Assembly (NCBI GenBank): GCA_964016885.1
Contig: OZ024765.1
Span: 14,508,001-14,572,000 of the forward strand
Source: Eledone cirrhosa
Lineage: Eukaryota
Length of the DNA: 64,000 nucleotides
Reading direction: 5' to 3'
The translations under genes and the position numbers were made by a program. Below are positions 14,760 to 30,182 of the stretch, in pieces. The notes beneath the pieces are model-generated. The model was not told where the DNA came from, made no database searches, and was given only the letters and a program-made list of their open reading frames with translations. The stretch's first letter is position 1. Every line of letters begins with the position of its first letter.

Positions 14760-14945
14760 TGTTTTCCGTCCTTCCTCTTATCACCGTCTATCTTTCTATT
14801 TCATCTTTTGTTCCTCCTATATTCTGATGAAGGACTCGCGTCCGAAACGTTAAGACTCTTTTCCTACTATATCAAGTTACAAACTAATATATTTTTTCAT
14901 TGTACTGCGTTGTTTTTCGTTGTTTCCGTTCACTTTTAGTTTATA
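14760..14945 (+). mobile_element. Diverged H1 element
   Basis: Hammerhead followed by AAGACTCTTTTCCTACTATATCAAG, as in the other H1 copies. The 3' end runs into TA-rich sequence. Confidence 0.7.
14820..14855 (+). ncRNA. Minimal type-I hammerhead motif (H1)
   Basis: TATT-CTGATGA-A-GGAC-TCGC-GTCC-GAAACGTT-AAGA, with a perfect core and perfect stem II. Confidence 0.82.
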
Positions 14946-15089
14946 TATGCATTTGTATATATATTTGTATGTATAAATATACGTATTTCACGGCTCAGAA
15001 ATATCTCTTTCTTTGAGCTATTTAATTGTAAAAGACTGTTTGAGTTTATAACTCTATATATAGTATTGTATAAATATATATGTATGTAC

Positions 15090-15866
15090 AATTATTACGG
15101 GGTCGATAAAACAAAGTACCAGTAATACACTGAAATAATTGCTGGGCTTGTACCTAAAGTAGAAACAATTATTACAGGGTCGATAAAATAAACTACCAGT
15201 AATACACTGAAATAATTGCTGGGCTTGTGCCAAAAGTAGAAACAATTATTTCGGGGTCGATAAAATAAAGTACCAGTAATACACTTGGATAATTGCTGGC
15301 CTTGTGCCAAAAGTACAAACAATTATTACAGGGTCGATAAAATAAAGTACCAGTAATACACTGAAATAATTGCTGGGCTTGTACCTAAAGTAGAAACAAT
15401 TATTACATGGTCGATAAAATAAACTACCAGTAATACACTTGGATAATTGCTGGCCTTGTGCCAAAAGTAGAAACAATTATTACAGGGTCGATAAAATAAA
15501 CTACCAGTAATACACTGGGGTAATTGCTGGCCTTGTGCCAAAAGTAGAAACAATTATTACATGGTCGATAAAATAAACTACCAGTAATACACTGGAATAA
15601 TTGCTGGCCTTGTGCCAAAAGTAGAAACAATTATTACAGGGTCGATAAAATAAAGTACCAGTAATACACTGGGGAAATTGCTGGGCTTGTACCTAAAGTA
15701 GAAACAATTATTACAGTGTCGATAAAATAAAGTACCAGTAATACACTGAGGTAATTGCTGGCCTTGTGCCAAAAGTAGAAACAATTATTACAGGGTCGAT
15801 AAAATAAAGTACCAGTAATACACTGGGGGTAATTGCTGGCCTTGTACCTAAAGTAGAAACAATTAT
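15090..15866 (+). repeat. 77-bp tandem array (10 units) made from the SINE A 3' end
   Basis: Unit TTACAGGGTCGATAAAATAAAGTACCAGTAATACACTG...AAAGTAGAAACAATTA. ORF starts at 15245, 15322, 15476 and 15553 confirm the period of 77. Confidence 0.95.
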
Positions 15867-16354
15867 TCTTATAATTATCTTTATCATTATCTTTCAAAAA
15901 CAAATGTAAAAATGAAAAAAAAAAAAAAAATGAAACGTATGTAAAAAAAAAAAAACCTCCCCCCAAAAAACAAAACAGAAAGGAACCACAGAAATGCTCC
16001 CCACGCCCTAAAGCAACCAAAAATAAATATGAAAATCACGCCACCCCGCCTCTGCCACCCCACGTCTCCCCTTCTACAGGAGTCATAAAATTAGTATTGT
16101 GTAGACTGTCTAGAAGGCCCTGACCCTCAGATCTCTGTCATTTGATTAACTATTGATTTTTTGCGATTGCCTGCCATAAAGTCTTCACAATTTCCTCTAC
16201 TTTCTCCTCCTCCTCTTTCTCCTCCTCTTCATAACCTCCTTCTCCTACTACTCATACTCCACTACCTCTCCCTCCCACTCTCTCTCATACCTCAGCACCT
16301 ACCTCCACTAACCACCCCCCCACCCACACCACCTCGGGCACAGCTATAATCCGT

Positions 16355-16358
16355 CACC

Positions 16359-16392
<34 letters not shown>

Positions 16393-17040
16393 TGACATTC
16401 ACCTCCACCATCATCCTTACCATTCCCCACCACCACCACCCACACCACCGCCAGCATAACCCCCCAGTACCATCTTCACCGCCACCACTACCACTACAAC
16501 CATCACCACCACCACCACCGCCGCCGCCAATATCACAACCATCTCCATCATCATCATGACATTCACCTCCACCATCATCCTTACCATCCCCACCACCACC
16601 ACAACCGCCAGCATAACCCCCCCCCAGAGTACCATCCTCACCACCACCACCATGACATTCACCTCCACCATCATCCTTACCATCCCCACCACCACCACAA
16701 CCGCCAGCATAACCCCCCCCCAGAGTACCATCCTCACCACCACCACCATGACATTCACCTCCACCATCATCCTTACCATCCCCACCACCACCACAACCGC
16801 CAGCATAACCCCCCCCCCCCCCCAGAGTACCATCCTCACCACCACCACCACCACCATCACCATGACATTCACCTCCACCATCATCCTTACCATCACCACC
16901 ACCACCGCCACCATAACCACCCCCTAGTACCATCCTCACCGCCACCACCACTACCACTACAACCATCACCACCAACATCCTCATCAACACCACCACCACC
17001 ACCACCGCCGCCAATATCACAACCATCTCCATCATCATCG
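16355..17040. repeat. CAC-rich minisatellite, ~96-bp unit
   Basis: CATGACATTCACCTCC at 16391, 16555, 16651, 16747 and 16861. Confidence 0.9.
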
Positions 17041-17299
17041 TCAATAACAGGTCTCAGTCTAAACGCAAGTGTTGATATGAAGTCATTCTACATGACGTTT
17101 GGTAGGCAGCAGCTGTGTGGAAGCCCTTTGGTGTAATCAATCAAGATTTTTCGGGAAAGGGGAGGGTGATGGCGCTGGGAGGCGACTAGACATCCTGATT
17201 AACCCCTTATCTGAAATATTTGTAGGGTCCATCATCGTCATCATCATCGTCATTATCACCAGCAACATCATCATCATCATCAACGTCATCATCATCATG

Positions 17300-18021
17300 T
17301 GGTGTAGTGGTGGTGTGATGTAGTGGCGGTGTAGTGTAGTAGTGGTGTCGTGTAGTAGTGGTGTCGTGTAGTAGTGGTGTCGTGTAGTGGCGGTGTAGTG
17401 GTAGTGTAGTGCAGTATAGTGGTGGTGTAGTGTGGTGTAGTGTAGTGGCGGTGTAGTCTAGTGTAGTATAGTGGTGGTGTAGTGTAGTGGTGGTGTAGTA
17501 TAGTGGCGGTGTAGTGTAGTGGTGTGGTGTAGTGTAGTGGTGTAGTGTAGTATAGTGGCGGTGTAGTGTAGTGGTGGTGTAGTGTAGTGGTGGTGTAGTG
17601 TAGTGGTGTAGTGTGGTATAGTGGCGGTGTAGTGTAGTGGTGGTGTAGTGTAGTGGTGGTGTAGTGTAGTGGTGTGGTGTGGTATAGTGGCGGTGTAGTG
17701 TAGTGGTGGTGTAGTGTAGTGGTGGTGTAGTGTAGTGGTGTAGAGTGGTATAGTGGCGGTGTAGTGTAGTGGTGGTGTAGTGTGGTGTAGTGTAGTGGCA
17801 GTGTAGTATAGTGGTGGTGTAGTGTGGTGTAGTGTAGTGTAGTGGTGTAGTATAGTGGTGGTGAAGTGGTGGTGTAGTGTAATGGTGGTGTAGTATAGTG
17901 GTGGTGTAGTGTAGTGGTGGTGTAGTGTAGTGGTGGTGTAGTGTGGTGGTGTAGTATAGTGGTGGTGTAGTGTGGTGTAGTGTAGTGGTGGTGTAGTGTA
18001 GTGTAGTGGCGGTGTGGTGTA
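17300..18021. repeat. (GTAGT)n/(GGT)n mixed satellite
   Basis: Direct reading. Confidence 0.92.
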
Positions 18022-18150
18022 GGATTACCTCTTTTATCTTTCTGTCATTTAATTATTAAGCTACAGACTAATAATTTCTTTTCAACATCTTGATATAGTT
18101 TTTTAACTAAGAATATATAAATGGCTGACATATATATATATATACATACA

Positions 18151-18235
<85 letters not shown>

Positions 18236-18490
18236 TATATATATATATATATATTTATACACATATATATATATATATATATTTATACACATATATATAT
18301 ATATATTTATACACATATATATATATATATATACATTTATATATATATATATATATACATACTTATACGTTCATATATATATATATAGTTTAATAAATGA
18401 ACAGAGAACAAAAAAAGAGGCACTACAAATGATATGGTTCTTAGTTTCACGTGTGTATAAGTGTATATATATATATACACACATACACAC

Positions 18491-18541
<51 letters not shown>

Positions 18542-18542
18542 C

Positions 18543-18650
<108 letters not shown>

Positions 18651-19560
18651 ACACACACATATATATATATATATACTTTCATATATATATATTTATATAT
18701 TTATATATAGATACATACATATATGAATATACACATATGTGTATATACATATATATACATATATATATATACTTATATAAATACACATACATATATGTAT
18801 AAACACATATATATATATATATACATACTTATATATATACACACACATAAATATATATATACATACACACATATAAACACACACGCACATATATACATAT
18901 GTAAACGCGGGCACACACACACACGCACACACACACACACATACACACCTATATATAATTATGTTTATATACTTTATACACACATTGGCGTACACATATA
19001 TATGAATATATATATATATACACACACACACACATATATATATACACACACACTCACACACACAGTCATATATATACATATGTGTGTAGTGTGTGTCTGT
19101 ATGTTCAGTTTATGTCTGTGTGCGTCTGTGTGTGTGGTTCGTGTGTGTGTGGTGTGATGTGTGTGATGTGTGTGATGTGTGTGTGTATGTGTGGTGTGAT
19201 GTGTATGTGTGTGTGTGTGTGGTGAGTGTATGTGTGTGTACGTATGTATGTGTGTGTCTATATGTGTGTGTGTATGTGTGTGTATGTATGTGCATATGTA
19301 TGTGTGTGTGTGGTGTGTGTGTGTGGATGTATGTGTGTGTATGTGTGTGTATGTGTGTGTGTGTGTATGTGTGTGTCTGTGTGTGTATATGTGTGTCTGT
19401 GTGTATATGTGTGTATATATGTATATGTGTGCATGTGTATATATATATGTGTGTATATATGTATATATGTGTATATGTGTATATATATATATGTGTATAT
19501 ATGCATATATGTGTATATATGTCTATATATGTATATATGTATATATATATATATATGTAT

Positions 19561-19596
<36 letters not shown>

Positions 19597-19995
19597 GTAT
19601 ATATATGTGTATATATGTATATGTGTATATATGTATATATGTGTATATATATGTGTATATATGTATATATGTGTATATATGTATATATGTGTATATATGT
19701 ATATATGTGTATATGTATATATATGTATATATGTGTATATATATATATATGTATATATATGTATATATGTGTGTATATGTATATATATATGTATATATAT
19801 GTATATATGTGTATATATATACATATATATGTGTATATATGTATATATATGTATATATGTGTATATATATATATATATATGTGTATATATGTGTATATAT
19901 ATGTGTATATATGTGTATATATGTGTATATATGTGTATATCTGTGTATATATGTGTATATATGTGTATATATGTGTATATATGTATATATATGTA

Positions 19996-20060
<65 letters not shown>

Positions 20061-20259
20061 ATATATGTGTGTATATATATATATATATGTGTATATATGT
20101 GTATATATGTGTATATGTGTATATATGTGTATATATGTGTATATATGTGTGTATGTGTATATATGTGTGTGTGTCTGATGCAATGAAATCATCCAAATTG
20201 AAGCAATAATAATTGACACAAACATGTACACACCCTCCCCTCCCCTCAACAACCTACAC

Positions 20260-23200
20260 ACCACCACCGCCACCACCACCACCACCACCATCACCACCAC
20301 CATCACCACCACCACCACCACCACCACCATCGCCATCATCACAACCTTCACCACCACCACCATCACTACAATAACCATCACCATCACTAACATCATCACT
20401 ATCAACAACATCGCCATCATCACCAACATCTCATTAACCATCACCATCATCGCCGCCATCACCATCATCATCATCAACATCTCATTAACCATCACCATCA
20501 TCATCATCAACATCTCATTAACCATCACCATCATCATCATCAACATCTCATTAACCATCATCATCATCGCCGCCAACACCATCATCATCATCAACATCTC
20601 ATTAACCATCATCATCATCATCATCGCCGCCATCACTATCATCATCATCAACATCTCATTAACCATCACCACCATCACTATCATCATCATCATCAACATC
20701 TCATTAACCATCACCGCCATCACTATCATCATAATCAACATCTCATTAACCACCACCATCATCATCGCCGCCATCACCATCATCATCAACATCTCATTAA
20801 CCATCACCATCATCGCCGCCATCACTATCATTAACCACCACCATCATCATCGCCGCCATCACTATCATCATCATCAACATCTCAACCATCACCATCATTA
20901 ACATCATCATCATGAACTCTATCATCATCAAAATTAACACCCAATCGACACCATCACCACCATCACCACCACCACCATCACCATCACCATCATCACCATC
21001 ACCATCACCATCACCACCACCATCATCAGAACCACCACATGCTCCCTACTAACCACCATTACCACTACCTCTAGTAGCATCATCACCCCCCCCATCTCCA
21101 CCACTACCACTGCCACTGCCACCATCATCACCACCGCCTTCACAACTACCACCACCACCACAACCACCACCACTACCACTAACACTGCCACCATCATCAC
21201 CACCGCCTTCACAACTACCACCACTACCACAACCACCACCACTACCACTAACACTGCCACCATCATCACCACCGCCTTCACAACTACCACCACTACCACA
21301 ACCACCATCACTACCACTAACACTGCCACCATCATCACCACCGCCTTCACCACCACCACCACCACCACCATCTCTGATTACCATTCTCTGATGTGGAGTG
21401 GAAAATTTAATTGGATTTTAAAATTTGCGGTCTTTGCTTTGATGGTGGTGGTGGTGCTCGTGGTGGCGATGGTGGTGGTGATGGTGGTGGTGGTGGTAGT
21501 GGTAGTGGTGGTGATGGTGGTGGTGGTGGTGGTGGTATTGGTAGTGATGGTGGTATTGGTAGTGGTGGTGATGGTAATGGTGGTGGTGGTGGTGGTAATG
21601 GTGGTATTGGTAGTGGTGGTGATGGTGGTGGTAATGGTGGTGGTGGTGGTGGTATTGGTAGTGGTGGTGATGGTGGTATTGGTAGTGGTGGTGATGATGG
21701 TATTGGTAGTGGTGGTGATGGTGGTATTAGTAGTGGTGGTGATGGTGGTGGTAATGGTGGTGGTGGTGGTGGTTTGGTAGTGGTGGTGATGGTGGTATTG
21801 GTAGTGGTGTTGATGGTGGTGGTGGTGGTAGTGGTGGTAATTATGGTATTGGTAGTAGTGGTGATGGTAGTGGTGGTGGTAATGATGACGGAGTACATGG
21901 TGGTGATGGTGGTGGTAGTGATGATGGTGTTGGTGGTTGTAGTGGTGATTGTGTGGTGGTAGTGGTGATGGTGTTGGTGGGGGTGATGATGGTGGTGGTA
22001 GTGAGGATGGTGTTGGTGGTGGTGATTGTGTGGTGGTAGTGGTGATTGTGTGGTGGTAGTGGTGATGGTGTTGGTGGGGGTGATGATGGTGGTGGTAGTG
22101 GTGGTAGTGATGATGGTGTTGGTGGTGGTGATTGTGTGGTGGTAGTGGTGATGGTGTTGGTGGGGGTGATGATGATGTTGGTGGTGGTGATGGTGGTGGT
22201 GGTGGTAGTGGTGATTGTATGGTGGTGGTAGTGGTGATGGTGTTGGTGGTGATGGTGTTGTTGGGGATGATGGTGGTGGTAGTGGTGATCGTTTATGGTG
22301 TGGGGTGGTGGTTGTGATGGTCATGGTGATGATTGTGGAGGTGGTGCCAATGGTGTTGTTTCCATTATTCATGATGGATGTACGAGTGGTGGTGAAGATG
22401 ATGATGATGACGATGGTGGTGTTGACATTGACGGCGATTATGATGATGATGCTTGTTATGCTGCTGCTGCTGATGATGATGGGAGCTGATAATGACAATT
22501 TCCTGTTCATCGGTGCGTGACCAATTGAACAAGACATGGGCAGCTGCACAGGAGAACAAACATCAGATGTGTGTTATTTGTAACAGCAGCAGTAACAACA
22601 ACAGAAGCAACAATAGCAACAGCAGCAGCAAGAACAGCAGCAACAATAACAACAACAATAGCAGCAACAATAGCAGCAACAATAACAACAACAATAGCAA
22701 CAATAGCAGCAGCAACAACAACAACAGCAACAATAACAACAACAACAGCAGCAACAATAGCAACAACAGCAGCAACAACAACATCAAGAACAACAACAAT
22801 AGCAGCAACAACAACAGCAGCAACAATAACAACAACAACAGCAACAATAACAATAGCAGCAACAACAACAACAACAACAGCAACAGCAGCAACAACAACA
22901 GCAGCAACAATAACAACAACAACAGCAACAATAACAACAACAATAGCAGCAACAACAGCAACAATAACAACAACAATAGCAGCAACAACAGCAGCAGCAA
23001 CAATAACAACAACAACAGCAACAACAACACCACCACCACCAACATCTGCAACAACAACAACACCCTACAACATCAAAAACAATAACAAAAACAATAGCAA
23101 CACCAACAGCAACATTAGCAACAGCAGCAGAAACAACAACAACAACAGTAGCAATAACATCAAGAACACGAACAACTACAGCAGCAGCAACAGCAATAAA

Positions 23201-23365
23201 ATAGTAGCAACAGCAACAATAACAACAGCAACAAAAACAAGAACAGCAACAGCAGTAACAATAATAACAACAACAGCAACAACAACAACAACAATACAAC
23301 AGCAACAATAACAACAGCAACAACAGCAGTAACACACTGCAGCAGCAGCAACAGCAGCAGCAACA
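20260..23365. repeat. Successive (CAT/CAC)n, (GGT)n and (CAA/CAG)n trinucleotide blocks with local higher-order units
   Basis: CATCAACATCTCATTAAC recurs at 20420-20800, and there is a ~75-bp unit at 21110-21350. Confidence 0.9.
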
Positions 23366-23497
23366 CCACGTGACCGAAGACTTCGTGTTTGGATACTGTT
23401 CTGCCACATTTCTACTTGTTACCTTTCTTAACACCCCCCTCTCTTACTTGCATATACACAGTCTTTCATATATACACACATATATATATATATATCC

Positions 23498-24832
23498 ATA
23501 TAGTGATACGTATACATACGTAAATGCGTAAATAGATGTACACATACATATACACACACATATATACATGTATATAGTGATACATGTACATACATACGTA
23601 AATGCATAAATAGATGTACACATACATATATACACACATATATACATGCATATAGTGATACATGTACATACATACGTAAATGCATGAATAGATGTACACA
23701 TACATATATACACACATATATACATGCATATAGTGATACGTATACATACGTAAATGCATGAATGGATGTACACATAGATATATACACACATATATACATG
23801 CATATAGTGATACATGTACATACATACGTAAATGCATAAATAGATGTACACATACATATATACACACATATATACATGCATATAGTGATACCTATACATA
23901 CATACGTAAATGCATAAATAGATGTACACATGCATATATACACACATATATACATGCATATAGTGATACATGTACATACATACGTAAATACATAAATAGA
24001 TGTACACATACATATATACACACATATATACACACATATATACATGCATATAGTGATACATGTACATACATACGTAAATGCATAAATAAATGTACACAGA
24101 TATATACACACATATATACATGCATATAGTGATACGTGTACATACATACGTAAATGCATAAATAGATGTACACATACATGTATACACACATATATACATG
24201 TATATAGTGATACATGTACATACATACGTAAATGCATAAATAGATGTACACATACATATATACACACATATATACATGCATATAGTGATACATGTACATA
24301 CATACGTAAATACATAAATAGATGTACACATACATATATACACACATATATACATGCATATAGTGATACCTATACATACATACGTAAATGCATAAATAGA
24401 TGTACACATACATATATACACACATATATACATGCATATAGTGATACATGTACATACATACGTAAATGCATAAATAGATGTACACATACATATATACACA
24501 CATATATACATGCATATAGTGATACATGTACATACATACGTAAATGCATAAATAGATGTACACATACATATATACACACATATATACACACATATATACA
24601 TGCATATAGTGATACATGTACATACATACGTAAATGCATAAATAGATGTACACATACATATATACACACATATATACATGCATATAGTGATACATGTACA
24701 TACATCCGTAAATGCATAAATAGATGTACACATACATATATACACACATATATACATGCATATAGTGATACATGTACATACATACGTAAATGCATAAATA
24801 GATGTACACATACATATATACACACATATATA
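23498..24832. repeat. 78-bp minisatellite (~17 units)
   Basis: Unit GCATATAGTGATACATGTACATACATACGTAAATGCATAAATAGATGTACAC..., matching the 26-aa period in the ORF track. Confidence 0.95.
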
Positions 24833-24980
24833 TGTAAAAGGTAAACAGAAATAACACAATCAGTACAGTATATGGAAGGGATATATTAGGTTAACACTTG
24901 AAATAGCAGGAAGAGGGTCTTAACATTTCGGATGCTAGTCCTTCATCAGAAGAAAGAATGAAAAATTAGATAGATTCAAG
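24833..24980 (-). mobile_element. H1 element
   Basis: Collinear with 4796-4940. The end abuts (TA)n. Confidence 0.82.
24918..24953 (-). ncRNA. Minimal type-I hammerhead motif (H1), CpG-decayed
   Basis: Minus strand: TCTT-CTGATGA-A-GGAC-TAGC-ATCC-GAAATGTT-AAGA. Confidence 0.75.
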
Positions 24981-25130
24981 TCAATCATAATGGTGGCCTC
25001 CCTACAGCCCCGGCGGACAAAATGGAGAAGGGGTTTCTCCGGAGGAGGGCAAGGGAGACGCGTTGGAAAAGCTATTTCAGCTCGTGGGGCTCACATCTGC
25101 GGCTGGCCAGCATGTTGTCATCTCTTAAAG

Positions 25131-26668
25131 GGTAAAGACCCCCCCCCTCATTTCACGAATAACCATGGGTCTTGTACCTAGAAAGTTCTCCTTCGAGGTA
25201 TGACTCTAGTCAAAATTATTTGTTGAAGACCAGCAGTCTCCCATGTATACCAGTCTCCCCTCTCCACGCCACCGATGTTGTCGAACGGAAAGGTAATGGC
25301 TGATACAGCTTGGAACCAGTGACGTCGCAACATATATATATATATTCACTTATTATATATACACAACATACATACACTATATTTCGACTATATATATACA
25401 CTAAACTACATATGGTGATGCCCAAGGGAAACGCTATGGCTGATACAGCTTGGCACCAGTGACATCACAACATATATATACTCACTTATTATATATACAC
25501 AACATACATACACTATATTTCGACTATATATACACTAAACTACATATGGTGATGTCCAAGGGAAAGGTAATGGCTGATACAGCTTGGCACCAGTGACGTG
25601 CCAACATATATATATTCACTTATTATATATACACAACATACATACACTATATTTCGACTATATATACACTAAACTACATATGTTGATGTCCAAGGGAAAG
25701 GCAATGGCTGATACAGCCTGGCACCAGTGACATCACAACATATATATACTCACTTATTATATATACACAACATATATACACTATATTTCGACTATATATA
25801 CACTAAACTACATATGGTGATGTCCAAGGGAAAGGCAATGGCTGATACAGCTTGGCACCAGTGACATCACAACATATATATACTCACTTATTATATATAC
25901 ACTATATTTCGACTATATATACACTAAACTACATATGGTGATGTCCAAGGGAAAGGCTATGGCTGATACAGCCTGGCACCAGTGACATCACAACATATAT
26001 ATACTCACTTATTATATATACACAACATATATACACTATATTTCGACTATATATACACTAAACTACATATGTTGATGTCCAAGGGAAAGGCAATGGCTGA
26101 TACAGCCTGGCACCAGTGACATCACAACATATATATACTCACTTATTATATACACACAACATATATACACTATATTTCGACTATATATACACTAAACTAC
26201 ATATGGTGATGTCCAAGGGAAAGGTAATGGCTGATACAGCTTGGAACCAGTGACGTGCCAACATATATATACTCACTTGTTATATACACACAACATACAT
26301 ACTATATTTCGACTATATATACACTAAACTACATATGGTGATGTCCAAGGGAAAGGCAATGGCTGATACAGCTTGGCACCAGTGACATCACAACATATAT
26401 ATACTCACTTATTATATATACACAACATATATACACTATATTTCGACTATATATACACTAAACTACATATGGTGATGTCCAAGGGCTAGGCTATGGCTGA
26501 TACAGCTTGGAACCAGTGACGTCGCAAGTAATTCCTACAGTTGAGTGAATTGGAGCAGCGTGAAATATAGTGTCTTGCTCAAGATCACAATGCATCAATA
26601 TGTCCAAGAATCGAACTCTCGACCTCACGATTGTAAGACCGACGCACTAACCAATAAGCCATGCACCT
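25131..26668 (-). mobile_element. tRNA-derived SINE, family B, interrupted by a tandem array
   Basis: Minus-strand head GGTGCATGGCTTATTGGTTAG...GAGTTCGATTC (A/B boxes) at about 26605-26668, then TTGAGCAAGACAC..TTTCACGCTGCTCCA. The tail continues on the far side of the array to ~25131. Confidence 0.85.
25274..26527. repeat. ~134-bp chimeric tandem array inside SINE B
   Basis: GGCTGATACAGC at 25298, 25438, 25572, 25706, 25840, 25961, 26095, 26229, 26361 and 26495. Confidence 0.95.
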
Positions 26669-26705
26669 TGAACTACATACATATACGCATACGTATGTAA
26701 AGTAA

Positions 26706-26978
26706 GGGCACGTTGTCGAGTGGTAAGGGTGTTGGACTTACGATCATAATGACGTGGGTTAGATTCCTGGGTTGCGTGTTGTGTTCTTGAGCAAAACACT
26801 TCATTTCACGTTGCTCCAGTATACTCAACTGAAAATGAGTACCAGCAATAGCTGGAGGTTTAACCCTGTGATGGACTGGTGTCCTGTCCAGGGGGGAGTC
26901 TTGTACTCTCAGTCACTTCACGCCATGAAACCGGGACAAGCACCGGTCAAATGAGCCTTCTGACTTAAGATATACTTT
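26706..26978 (+). mobile_element. tRNA-derived SINE with a family-B-like head and a different tail
   Basis: Head GTCGAGTGGTAAGG...GGTTAGATTCC, core TTGAGCAAAACACTTCATTTCACGTTGCTCCAG and tail AACCCTGTGATGGACTGG...GAAACCGGG. Confidence 0.82.
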
Positions 26979-27564
26979 AACCCTGTGATGGACTGGTGTC
27001 CTGTCCATGGGGGAGTCTTGTACTCTCAGTCACTTCACGCCATGAAACCGGGATAAGCACCGGTCAAATGAGCCTTCTGACTTAAGATATACTTTAACCC
27101 TGTGATGGACTGGTGTCCTGTCCATGGGGGAGTCTTGTACTCTCAGTCACTTCACGCCATGAAACCGGGATAAGCACCGGTCAAATGAGCCTTCTGACTT
27201 AAGATATACTTTAACCCTGTGATGGACTGGTGTCCTGTCCAGGGGGGAGTCTTGTACTCTCAGTCACTTCACGCCATGAAACCGGGATAAGCACCGGTCA
27301 AATGAGCCTTCTGACTTAAGATATACTTTAACCCTGTGATGGACTGGTGTCCTGTCCATGGGGGAGTCTTGTACTCTCAGTCACTTCACGCCATGAAACC
27401 GGGACAAGCACCGGTCAAATGAGCCTTCTGACTTAAGATATACTTTAACCCTGTGATGGACTGGTGTCCTGTCCAGGGGGGAGTCTTGTACTCTCAGTCA
27501 CTTCACGCCATGAAACCGGGACAAGCACCGGTCAAATGAGTCTTCTGGCTTAAGACAGACTTTA
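26859..27564 (+). repeat. 117-bp tandem array (6 units) of the SINE tail
   Basis: ACCCTGTGATG at 26863, 26980, 27097, 27214, 27331 and 27448, with TTTA microhomology at the unit borders. Confidence 0.95.
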
Positions 27565-29705
27565 GACATCTGTTTGAATGATACGACCACCAACAACAAT
27601 ACCACCACTACTACAACCGTCACCAACAATAGATACCACCACCACCGCCACCAATACCACCAGAACCACCGCCGTCACCGCCATCACAAACAGATACCAC
27701 CGACACCACCACCACAGCCACCACGGTCACCAACACATACCACCACCTCCGCCAAAACCAACTCCGTCACAAACACCGTCACCAACAAATACCACGACGA
27801 CGACGACGACCACCACCACTACAACCTAAACCATCACCGTCACTGTCATCACCAACAGATACCACCACTACCACAACCACCACCACGACCACCACATCTA
27901 GTGCCGTCACCACTACCACCACCACCAACAAATACCACCACTACCACAACCACCACCACACCTAGTTCCGTCACCACTACCACCACCACGGCCACAACTA
28001 ACAGATACCACCACTACCACAACCACCACCACCACACCTACTGCCGTCACCACTTCCACCACCACCATCAGATACCATCACCACCACTACCACCAACAGA
28101 TACCACCACTACCACAACCAACAAACACCACCACACCTACTGCCGTCACCTCTTCCACCACCACCACTACTCCACTACCACAACCTCCACCACACCTACT
28201 GCCGTCACCACTACCACCACTACCGCCACCACCAACATATACAACTACCAAACTCCACCCCGCCACCAACAGATACCACCACTACCACAACCAACAAACA
28301 CCACCACACCTACTGCCGTCACCTCTTCCACCACCACCACTACTTCCACTACCACAACCTCCACCACACCTACTGCCGTCACCACTACCACCACTAACGC
28401 CACCACCAACAGATACAACCACCAAACTCCACCCCGCCACAACCTGGAAACTAACCAGCATGTTACACGTCTTTTGTCCTCAAAAATATTTATAAATTTA
28501 TTTTACGTCGTTGAACTTTTACTGTTAAAATGATAAACACTCTCTTCCTTACACTCTCCTCCTCTCTTCCTTACACTCCCCGCTCTCCTTTGCTCTTCCT
28601 TTCTCTCTATCTTCCACCTTCTTCCCCTGTCTTTCTCTTTCTCTCTTCCCGTCTTTCTCAGTCTCTCCACCTCTCTCTCTGACTGTCTGTCTTTCTCTTT
28701 CTCTCTCTCTCTCTTCATTTCTCCGTCTCTATATCTCTCGCCCTCTGACTCCCTCTCTTTCTCTCTGTGCCTTCCCGTTTTTCTCTCTTCCCTCTCTCTC
28801 TCGTCCTCTTTGTCTTTTTCTCTCTCTATCTCCCTGTCTCACTCTTTCTTTCTAGCCCCCCCCCCTCTCTACAAGTATTTCTCTTTGAAAATTCTCTTTC
28901 AGAAAGAAGAATAAAATATTTATAAACAACAACAACTACAACTACAACAAAAACAACAGCAACAATAAATGAATGAAAAAATACAAAAGATAAAAGTAGA
29001 AAAAAAAAGCAATTTCTTTCCCAAATGACCGTTTGTTTGGAAAAAGTCCCTGAACAACCGCATGACATGACGCTAACCTTTATATTTTTATATATATTCT
29101 TTTTATATCCTTAAATTATATATTTATTTTATTTCATCTTATTGTATATATATACTATATATTTTATTTCCTTTTATTTTATTATTTAAACACATTTCTC
29201 CTCTACTTTAACAAAACCTAAATATTTGGCACAGAAAACAATAAGTTACAAAAACAAACAAACATGAAAAATCGACGAAAAAAAAACACCGAAAAAAGCC
29301 CAACTGATTGGATGAACACCAAATAAGGTAACGGTGTTTTGAACGGGAAAGTCTCCGTGATAAACACACACATAAACAGTGATACACACATATATATACA
29401 TATATATATATATCCATATATATATATATATATATATATATCCATATATATATATATATCCATATATATATATATATCCATATATATATACATATATATA
29501 TATATCCATATATATATATCCATATATATATATATATACATATATATATCCATATATATATATATATATACATATATATATCCATATATATATACATATA
29601 TCCATATATATATACACATATATATATATATATATACATATTTACACACATATATATATACACACATATATATACATATATACATATTTACACACATATA
29701 TATAT

Positions 29706-29742
<37 letters not shown>

Positions 29743-29825
29743 GATAGAGAATGTATATATACTATTTTATTAATATTAAACAACCTTTGGATCCTAATGT
29801 TTGATGTGTCAACAATGCCAAGCAT

Positions 29826-29910
<85 letters not shown>

Positions 29911-30132
29911 CAATCATATATAAATATATACAGACACATAAATATATATTCATTTATATATACATATAAATACATAGTTCTTTGTAGATCTAGAAATTTA
30001 TGTATAAATACATATATACATTAATTTATATATATTCATTAACACACACACACACACACATATATATACTTATATATATAAATATACTTATATATATACA
30101 TATATACAGACATACATATATATATACATACA

Positions 30133-30182
<50 letters not shown>

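Noticed and set aside
17046-17230. Candidate exon in a unique GC-richer island
   Set aside because: Early stops in the minus-strand frames I checked and no recognisable protein in the plus ORF.
25274-26527. CRISPR-like repeat/spacer alternation
   Set aside because: The spacers are near-identical to each other and the repeat is a SINE segment.
26600-26770. tRNA genes
   Set aside because: The A/B boxes continue into SINE cores and no complete cloverleaf is evident.
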